Translations under genes and position numbers: made by a program
The notes under the pieces: generated by a model
Seen by the model: only the letters and a program-made list of their open reading frames with translations
Told to the model about the DNA's origin: nothing
The model's database searches: none
Origin: an uncultured Gammaproteobacteria bacterium
GTDB lineage: Bacteria; Pseudomonadota; Gammaproteobacteria; Pseudomonadales; UBA5518
NCBI GenBank assembly: GCA_903921135.1
Contig: CAIXOY010000233.1
Location: forward strand, 1-39,318
DNA length: 39,318 bases
Direction: 5' to 3'
Shown: piece after piece, positions 31,470 to 39,318 of the stretch
How positions within the stretch are numbered: position 1 is the stretch's first letter
Layout: every line of letters begins with the position of its first letter

Positions 31470-33122
31470 GTGCTCCGCCGCTCTACGGAGTTTTCCGGCG
31501 TCGATGGCCCCGTCGTCACCGTGGTGATGGACGGTATAGGCGAGCGGGCAGATGGCGCGGGAAATGCCGTTTGCCGTGCGCTCACCCCGACGCTGGACAG
31601 GGTGAGAAAGGAGTCTCCACGCGTGCTGCTGCGTGCCCACGGCAGGGCTGTGGGGATGCCCTCCGACGATGACATGGGCAACTCTGAAGTTGGTCACAAC
31701 GCGCTGGGCTCGGGGCAGGTGTATGCGCAGGGCGCGGCCCTGGTGAGCGATGCCATCGCCTCCGGCAGCCTGTTCGAGGGCGCGGCCTGGCAGGAGGTGG
31801 TCGCCAATGCCGCGCGCGAGGGCGCCACGCTCCACCTGATCGGCCTGCTCTCTGACGGGAACGTCCATTCGCACATCGCGCACGCTCGCGCGCTGGTCGA
31901 AGCCGCCTGCAACGCCGGGGTGCGGCACGTTCGACTCCACGTCCTGCTCGATGGTCGGGACGTTCCCGAGACATCCGCTCTCGACTACCTGTTGCCTTTC
32001 GAGGCTTTCCTCTCGGCTCTTCGCGAGGGCGGTGCCGATGCCCGCATCGCAAGCGGGGGAGGGCGCATGCGGATCACGATGGACCGTTACGAAGCAGACT
32101 GGGACATGGTCGCCCGCGGCTGGTCGGTGCACGTGCATGGAGAAGCGGCCCGGTTCCCGAGTGCGGAAGCGGCGGTGAAGAGCTTCAGGGCAGCGCAGCC
32201 GGGCATCATCGATCAGGATCTCCCGGCATTCGTCGTTGCGGACGCAGCCGGCCCGGTGGGTTGCATCCGCGATGGTGATTCGGTGGTGCTCTTCAACTTC
32301 CGGGGTGATCGCGCCATCGAAATCACGCGTGCCTTCGAAGACGAGTCACTCGATGCTTTCGACCGGGGGCAGCGCCCGCGCGTCGTTTTTGCGGGCATGT
32401 TGCAGTACGACGGGGACCTGAAGCTTCCGGCCCGTTTTCTGGTGTCGCCCCCGGCGATACGCAACACCATGGGAGAGTTCCTGGCGCGCGCCGGCGTCCC
32501 CCAACTCGCGATCTCCGAGACGCAGAAATTCGGCCACGTCACGTATTTCTGGAACGGCAACCGGAGCAGTCCCTTTGATCCCGCGCTCGAGCGCTGGATC
32601 GAGATCCCGTCCGACCGGGTTCCCTTCGAGCAGCGCCCGTGGATGAAAGCGGCCGAGATCACGGATGCACTGATCGCGGAACTGCAGACCGGCCGTTATC
32701 GCAGCGCCCGCGTCAATTACGCGAATGGCGATATGGTGGGGCATACGGGGAATTACGCCGCGGCCGTGATGGCTGTGGAAGCCGTGGATCTGGCGCTGTC
32801 ACGACTGCTGCCCGTTATCGATGCGCTTGGCGGTGTCGCGCTCATCACGGCGGACCACGGCAATGCGGAAGAGATGTTCGAACTCGATCGCGAGACGGGC
32901 GCTGCGCTGCACACGCCCGAGGGCAGGATCCGCGCCAAGACCAGTCACACCTTGAACCCCGTGCCGCTCTATCTGCACGATCGCGTGTCGGGCGGGCGTC
33001 TGGGCTTGCGGCAGGATCCCGGCTGCGGGCTCGCGAACGTTGCCGCCACCACGCTGCACTTACTGGGTTTCGAGGCGCCCGCGATGTGGTGCCCCAGCCT
33101 TCTGGAGCTGCGCCCGCGCTGA
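31470..33122 (+). CDS. gpmI: 2,3-bisphosphoglycerate-independent phosphoglycerate mutase
   Basis: VMDG.G, MGNSEVGH (phospho-Ser), SDGNVHSH, DGRDV, FNFRGDRA, NGDMVGHTG, TADHGNAE and TSHT. Confidence 0.93.
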   Translation: MLRRSTEFSGVDGPVVTVVMDGIGERADGAGNAVCRALTPTLDRVRKESPRVLLRAHGRAVGMPSDDDMGNSEVGHNALGSGQVYAQGAALVSDAIASGSLFEGAAWQEVVANAAREGATLHLIGLLSDGNVHSHIAHARALVEAACNAGVRHVRLHVLLDGRDVPETSALDYLLPFEAFLSALREGGADARIASGGGRMRITMDRYEADWDMVARGWSVHVHGEAARFPSAEAAVKSFRAAQPGIIDQDLPAFVVADAAGPVGCIRDGDSVVLFNFRGDRAIEITRAFEDESLDAFDRGQRPRVVFAGMLQYDGDLKLPARFLVSPPAIRNTMGEFLARAGVPQLAISETQKFGHVTYFWNGNRSSPFDPALERWIEIPSDRVPFEQRPWMKAAEITDALIAELQTGRYRSARVNYANGDMVGHTGNYAAAVMAVEAVDLALSRLLPVIDALGGVALITADHGNAEEMFELDRETGAALHTPEGRIRAKTSHTLNPVPLYLHDRVSGGRLGLRQDPGCGLANVAATTLHLLGFEAPAMWCPSLLELRPR

Positions 33123-33123
33123 G

Positions 33124-33876
33124 TCAGTTGCTGTAGCGGGCCCGCCAGAGGACCGCTGCGCCCCACGCCAGTGCGGCCGTCATCAGCAGCAGCCCCAGCC
33201 CGAAGCTCCCACGCGCCAGCGCGTGACACTGCTCCACGGCGTTCCACTGCGTGAGCAGGTTTCCCCAGTCGTGGCTTTCCTCGCCCCGCCCACCGACCAG
33301 TGGCAACGCACGGTACTCGGCGTCGCGGATATAGGGCGCGAGGTCCACGAGGTTCTGGCCTGCCCACCAGGCTGCAGCCGCCGCCGCAACATTGTCCTGC
33401 TGCCACGCGGCAAAGTACGCGACCAGAGAGACCGGCAGCAGGATCTGGAACAGGCTGCCGCCGAGTATCGTCATCGTCTCGCCGAGCGGCATGAAGAACA
33501 GGTGCCCGAACTCGTGGAAAGCGAGATTCGCGCGGTGCAGGAAGGACCCGCCGATGATCTCCCAGTCGATGCCGTGTGCTGCGAACCAGAGCGTCCACGC
33601 AGCCAACGCCAGCAACAGCAAGGACCGTGCTGCCAGGCCCGAGGCATCCATGCCTTCGGGGGCAAGGAGGAGTTGCTCGCGCAGCCGCGATGCCAGCGTT
33701 GCGTACTCCTCGCGTGGCTGCGATACCGCATGTATTTGCCCTGCGGGCGAAGACCCTCCCGCGCGTGCCCGCCATTTCGCCCAGGCAATGCCACAGGCAG
33801 GGCAGACGCCGGGGTGTGTGTCCTTGTCAGCGGGCCCGGGACGGTGCCCGCAACGCGGGCAGTGGGTGGGGTTCAT
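33124..33876 (-). CDS. Membrane protein with N-terminal zinc ribbon and HExxH motif (peptidase M50B-like)
   Basis: CPRCG...CPACG, then several TM helices with FHEFGH, LGGS..Q, YIRDA and HDWGNLL. The ATG at 33876 overlaps the SDR stop (ATGA). Confidence 0.75.
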   Translation of the reverse strand: MNPTHCPRCGHRPGPADKDTHPGVCPACGIAWAKWRARAGGSSPAGQIHAVSQPREEYATLASRLREQLLLAPEGMDASGLAARSLLLLALAAWTLWFAAHGIDWEIIGGSFLHRANLAFHEFGHLFFMPLGETMTILGGSLFQILLPVSLVAYFAAWQQDNVAAAAAAWWAGQNLVDLAPYIRDAEYRALPLVGGRGEESHDWGNLLTQWNAVEQCHALARGSFGLGLLLMTAALAWGAAVLWRARYSN

Positions 33877-34619
33877 GTGAGTCGCTGCAGTATCGCTGCG
33901 GGCAGGATCTGCATGAGGCGTCCCATCAGGGTCCATGGCCAGCGTGGCACGGCCGCTTGAGCGACCCCTCGCTCGATCAGTTCGACCATGTCTCGCGCAG
34001 CGCGCTCGGCGCTCACCACGAAGGGGCGTGAAGGAATATCGCGGTTCATCGGCGTGTCGATGTAGCCCGGTGCAAGTTCCGTTACGCGAATCCCAGCTCG
34101 GGCCGTTTCCATGCGGGTGGCTTGCAGGTAGCGGTGCAGTCCGGCCTTGGTGGCGCTGTAGACGCCGAGCCTCGGCAGGCCGCGGTAGCGCGCCATCGAG
34201 GTGATGCCGACCACCTGCCCGGCATGAGCCCGACGCCGGAAGATCGCGACCGCAGCGTCGATGGTGGCGCAGGCGCCGGTCAGGTTGACGCCGATCATCC
34301 GCTGCATGCGCGTGATCTGTCCCTCGCCTGCCGAAAATGACTCCGCCACGCCTGCGTTGGCGATCACCAGATCAAGGCCGTCGAGTTCGCGGTCTGCCTG
34401 TTCGAGACAGGGAGCTATTGCATCGGTGTCCAGCAGATCGAGTTCCAGAACGAGCACCCGAGCGGCCCCCGACGCAGACAACTCCGCTGCAAGACTCTCG
34501 AGTAATGCGTGTCTGCGCGCCACGAGCGCGAGTTGCCAGCCACGCCGGGCGTATTCGCGGGCCAGCGCCTCGCCGATGCCGCTCGACGCGCCGGTGATGA
34601 GAACGGATCGGGGCATCAT
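33873..34619 (-). CDS. Short-chain dehydrogenase/reductase (NADP-preferring)
   Basis: TGASSGIG, VARR, ANAG, YSATK and PGYIDTPMN. Confidence 0.92.
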   Translation of the reverse strand: MMPRSVLITGASSGIGEALAREYARRGWQLALVARRHALLESLAAELSASGAARVLVLELDLLDTDAIAPCLEQADRELDGLDLVIANAGVAESFSAGEGQITRMQRMIGVNLTGACATIDAAVAIFRRRAHAGQVVGITSMARYRGLPRLGVYSATKAGLHRYLQATRMETARAGIRVTELAPGYIDTPMNRDIPSRPFVVSAERAARDMVELIERGVAQAAVPRWPWTLMGRLMQILPAAILQRLT

Positions 34620-34735
34620 CGCCTCGGCTCAGGATGAGGTGGAGCCCGGATTCTGTTGGTTGAGGCACCTGCCGACAAGCGCGGTGCGGGTTCGGAAGGT
34701 ATCCTGAGTGATCTTTTTTCCGGCGGGACAGCCTC

Positions 34736-35887
34736 ATGAGCAACGGCAGCATTGGCCCCTTGGTGAAGGCCGACGAATTCTTCAACCACCAGATCGTCGA
34801 CACCTTCGCCACCGTCTCGCAGAGCGATTACTCGTGGACCGAGAAGGTCTGCGGCATGGCTGCCGCGCGGGACGGATCGCTGCAGGTGGGTTTCGGCTTC
34901 GGCAAGTACCCCAACCGGAACGTGGTTGACGCCTACGGCGGGGTCGGACGCCAGCGGGAGCAATGGACCGTGCGTGCCAGCCGTGAGCTCGCGCGGGATC
35001 CCGACTCCATCAACGCAGGGCCTCTGGAGTACGAGGTCCTCGAACCCCTGAAGCGCATCCGTATCGCGCTGGCCGCGACCGATGTGCAGCCGATCGCCTG
35101 GGAGCTTGAGCTCGAGGGAGTCGTCCCCTGCATGCTCGAGGACCGTGAAGATCGCCGCAACCTCCATGGGTTCCGTCACACCGCAAGCCAGATCCGCTAT
35201 CACCAGACCGGCACCGCGCGAGGCTGGGTGGAGGTCGAGGGCAAGCGCACCGAGGTGCGGCCCTCGGAGTGGATCATGACAAGGGACCACAGCTGGGGCA
35301 TCCGGCCCGACGTGGGTGTGCGCATTCCCGATCTCGGCCCCGATCCGATGGACGGGCGCGTCCCCAGCGCGCTGGCAATCTGGAATCCGCTCTTCTTCCA
35401 GCGCCCCGACGGTTCCAGCTACGCATTCCACCAGTACTACCTCAACTACAGCGGCCCGGGCTTCCGGCACGAGCGGATCCAGGGCGGTTACGAACACGCG
35501 GACGGCCGAAGGGAGCCGTTGGTGGGCATGAGCCCGCAACTGCGTTTCGATCCGTCCACGTTGCGTCTTCTGGGTGGCGAGTTCCGGGTGCGCATGGCGG
35601 ACGGCAGCGAGCGCCTGCTGACGGCCGAGGCCGTGAGCGACACCGGTTTCCATCTGGGTGCGGGCCTCTATCACGGCTTCGACGGCAAGCACCACGGCTC
35701 CTGGATGGGGCCGCTGCACGTGGAAGGGGAGTACTTCGCCGATTGCACGGCGCCAGAGAGCCTCGCCCGACTCAACCAGTTCCGCGACTGCCTGATCCGG
35801 GTTCACGATCAGCATACGGGCGCCACCGGCTGGGGCAACTGTCAGACCTATGTGCTCGGGCGCTGGCCCGAATTCGGATTGCCCTGA
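34736..35887 (+). CDS. Uncharacterised 383-aa protein, possibly an AttH/CrtC/tocopherol-cyclase-like beta fold
   Basis: Long ORF with strong GC3 codon bias, rich in aromatics and beta strands, with RYHQTG..RGWVEV and RDHSWG motifs. The fold assignment is inference. Confidence 0.75.
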   Translation: MSNGSIGPLVKADEFFNHQIVDTFATVSQSDYSWTEKVCGMAAARDGSLQVGFGFGKYPNRNVVDAYGGVGRQREQWTVRASRELARDPDSINAGPLEYEVLEPLKRIRIALAATDVQPIAWELELEGVVPCMLEDREDRRNLHGFRHTASQIRYHQTGTARGWVEVEGKRTEVRPSEWIMTRDHSWGIRPDVGVRIPDLGPDPMDGRVPSALAIWNPLFFQRPDGSSYAFHQYYLNYSGPGFRHERIQGGYEHADGRREPLVGMSPQLRFDPSTLRLLGGEFRVRMADGSERLLTAEAVSDTGFHLGAGLYHGFDGKHHGSWMGPLHVEGEYFADCTAPESLARLNQFRDCLIRVHDQHTGATGWGNCQTYVLGRWPEFGLP

Positions 35888-35898
35888 GCGCCGGTAAA

Positions 35899-35948
35899 AA
35901 GACCCAGCGAATACTCAGGCCTTATAGTTGATCGCGTTGCTAGGGTAT
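35899..35948 (+). promoter_or_regulatory. Tandem IscR type-1 operators overlapping the iscR-suf promoter
   Basis: Two abutting 25-mers: AAGACCCAGCGAATACTCAGGCCTT (35899-35923) and ATAGTTGATCGCGTTGCTAGGGTAT (35924-35948). TTGATC at 35928 and TATACT at 35953 are promoter-like. This matches the known tandem-site autoregulatory layout of isc promoters. Confidence 0.75.
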
Positions 35949-35994
35949 TGGCTATACTGCGGCCCGACCCCACGCCACGAGGGCAAAGGCCGCC

Positions 35995-36435
35995 ATGCAA
36001 CTCACCACCCGAGGTCGTTACGCCGTGACCGCGATGCTTGATCTGGCCCTGCACTCGGGCCAGAGACCCCTGCGGCTGGCGGATATCGCTACACGGCAGG
36101 GGTTGTCCCTGTCCTACCTGGAACAGCTTTTTGCCTGCCTGCGGCGGGCGGGTCTGGTTGCCAGTGCGCGCGGGCCGGGCGGCGGGTATCGGCCGGGGCG
36201 ACCCCTGTCCGACATCAGTGTGGGTCAGATCATCGATGCGGTGAACGAGCGCATAGACGCCACACGCTGCGAGGGCAGGGGTGACTGCCAGCACGGTGAT
36301 ACCTGCCTTACGCATCATCTCTGGAGCGATCTCAGCGAGAACCTCCAGAGTTTTCTGGCCGGTATCACGCTGGCCGATTTGCTGCAGCGCCACGAGGCAC
36401 GTGTACGCGCAGAGGCGGCCGCCAGCGCGGCCTGA
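35995..36435 (+). CDS. iscR: Fe-S cluster assembly regulator IscR (Rrf2 family)
   Basis: [33 protein letters not shown] and the 3Cys-1His ligand set [20 protein letters not shown]. Confidence 0.95.
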   Translation: MQLTTRGRYAVTAMLDLALHSGQRPLRLADIATRQGLSLSYLEQLFACLRRAGLVASARGPGGGYRPGRPLSDISVGQIIDAVNERIDATRCEGRGDCQHGDTCLTHHLWSDLSENLQSFLAGITLADLLQRHEARVRAEAAASAA

Positions 36436-36444
36436 GGAACGCAG

Positions 36445-37881
<1,437 letters not shown>

Positions 37882-37893
37882 TGCTGGAATGCG

Positions 37894-37911
37894 TGCCCCG
37901 CGTGCGGGGCA
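37894..37911. repeat. Intergenic GC-rich palindrome between sufB and sufC
   Basis: TGCCCCGC-GT-GCGGGGCA perfect inverted repeat 12 nt after the sufB stop, with no U-tract. Confidence 0.55.
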
Positions 37912-37964
37912 TGGGAGTGCGGCGAGTGTCGCGCGTCGAAACTGAACGCTTGGATTCCTGATAC

Positions 37965-38714
37965 ATGCTGTCGATCCGCAATCTTGCTGCCCGCATCGGG
38001 GACAAACAGATCCTGAAGGGCATAGACCTCGAGGTGAAACCCGGCGAGGTGCACGCCATCATGGGACCCAACGGTTCCGGGAAGAGCACGCTCGGCTATG
38101 TGCTCTCGGGCCGCGATGGCTACGAGGTGACGGGTGGCGAGGCCACTTTCCGCGGCAAGGATCTTTTCGCCCTCGCGACTGAAGAGCGCGCCCGTGAGGG
38201 ACTGTTCCTCGCATTCCAGTATCCGGTCGAGATTCCCGGCGTGAGCAATATGGAGTTCCTGAAGGCCTCGGTGGACGCAACGCGCGCGCACCGCGGTCAG
38301 GATCCGCTGGATGCGGTGCGCTTCATGAAACTCGCGCGTGAAACCTGCACCCGCGTCAATCTGGCGCAGGATTTCCTCAAGCGGGGCGTGAACGAGGGTT
38401 TCTCGGGAGGAGAGAAAAAGCGCAACGAGATCCTGCAGATGATGTTGCTCGAGCCCGCACTGGCCGTGCTCGACGAGACGGATTCGGGCCTCGACATCGA
38501 CGCGCTCCAGGTGGTTGCGGCCGGCGTGAACAGCATGCGCTCTGCCGAGCGTTCCTTCATCGTGGTGACCCACTACCAGCGTCTTCTCGATTTCATCGTG
38601 CCCGACTTCGTTCACGTGCTGGCCGGAGGGCGCATCGTGCGCTCGGGCGGACGCGAACTCGCGCTCGAGCTCGAAGAAAAAGGCTACGCCTGGCTCGAGC
38701 ACGAGGGGGCCTGA
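37965..38714 (+). CDS. sufC: Fe-S cluster assembly ATPase SufC
   Basis: HAIMGPNGSGKST, FLAFQYPVEIPGV, NEGFSGGEKKRNE, LDETDSGLDIDAL and VTHYQRLL. Confidence 0.98.
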   Translation: MLSIRNLAARIGDKQILKGIDLEVKPGEVHAIMGPNGSGKSTLGYVLSGRDGYEVTGGEATFRGKDLFALATEERAREGLFLAFQYPVEIPGVSNMEFLKASVDATRAHRGQDPLDAVRFMKLARETCTRVNLAQDFLKRGVNEGFSGGEKKRNEILQMMLLEPALAVLDETDSGLDIDALQVVAAGVNSMRSAERSFIVVTHYQRLLDFIVPDFVHVLAGGRIVRSGGRELALELEEKGYAWLEHEGA

Positions 38715-39318
38715 TGGGCGGTTTCGACCGGCAGGCTGCGGCCGCCCTTTACGCAGCGGCGCATGGTGATTGGTTCTCGGCCTCACGCCAGGCCGCCCGC
38801 GCGGCGTGGCTCGTCTCGGACTGGCCCGGGCGCAAGACCGAGGAATGGAAGTACACCTCGCTCAGCGCGCTGGAAACGGACTCCTGGTTACGTGTGCCGC
38901 CCGTGGCGGCAGCCGGTGCGGAGGCGGGCATTCCCGGTCTGGACGCCGATTACATCGTGTTCCGTAATGGCCGCTTTGACCAGGCCGGTTCTTCTTTCCG
39001 CCCGGTTGCAGGCGTGCATCTCCACACAGTGAAAGACGCACCGGAACACCTGCGCGCACGATTCGGTGGACTTGCTGCGGGTTCGGGAAATCCCTTCGCC
39101 GCCCTCGCCGCATGCTGGACGGAAGAAGCGGTGCTGTTGCACGTCGAGGACGGCGTGCGACTGACCCGACCTGTCTGCGTGATCCATGTGGGCGAGCCTG
39201 CGGCCGAGGGCTGCGCCTGGGCGCAGCGGTTGCTGCTTCTGGCCGGCGCACGATCCGAGATGACGCTGATAGAACACTTCCCGGCCGGCTGCGCGAGCTA
39301 CGTCCCCGGTCTCACCGA
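38714..39318 (+). CDS. sufD: Fe-S cluster assembly protein SufD, N-terminal part (runs off the right edge)
   Basis: Not in the ORF track. TGATG overlap with sufC; manual translation MGGFDRQAAAALYAAAHGDWFSASRQAARAAWLVSDWPGRKTEEWKYTSL...IVFRNGRF carries the SufD P..k.EeWKYT motif. Confidence 0.88.
   Translation, partial: MGGFDRQAAAALYAAAHGDWFSASRQAARAAWLVSDWPGRKTEEWKYTSLSALETDSWLRVPPVAAAGAEAGIPGLDADYIVFRNGRFDQAGSSFRPVAGVHLHTVKDAPEHLRARFGGLAAGSGNPFAALAACWTEEAVLLHVEDGVRLTRPVCVIHVGEPAAEGCAWAQRLLLLAGARSEMTLIEHFPAGCASYVPGLT

Noticed and set aside
34616-35815. 399-aa minus-strand ORF ending at the SDR start
   Set aside because: Antisense to the 383-aa gene, which has the better codon usage and recognisable motifs.

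Overview
GC-rich gammaproteobacterial chromosomal segment with a Pseudomonadales/Cellvibrionales-like gene order. It is mostly conserved housekeeping DNA: cysI (truncated at the left edge), nfuA, a DAHP synthase, the purB-hflD-mnmA-nudJ-rluE / icd / cspD / clpS-clpA / infA-bpt-aat-trxB / ftsK-lolA-rarA-crcB-serS-cysG-gor block, prc, and iscR-sufB-sufC-sufD (truncated at the right edge). Two accessory patches interrupt it. The first (~3.1-7.7 kb) holds an LMW phosphatase, an SDR, a 3-ketosteroid-dehydrogenase-like flavoprotein, a secreted alkaline-phosphatase-superfamily protein and an orphan domain after purB. The second (~30.4-35.9 kb) holds an F420-type LLM oxidoreductase, a plant/protist-type iPGM, a zinc-ribbon/HExxH membrane protein, an SDR and a 383-aa uncharacterised protein. 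I saw no rRNA, tRNA, CRISPR array, transposase, integrase or prophage. I did not find a clearly novel multi-gene system. The best leads are an unannotated 44-aa membrane peptide, IscR-type operators at both iscR-suf and nfuA, the Cys cluster in Bpt, the lipid/steroid-like accessory enzymes, and a nested stem-loop at 34.6-34.7 kb. Family assignments come from motif recognition and recall, not from database searches.
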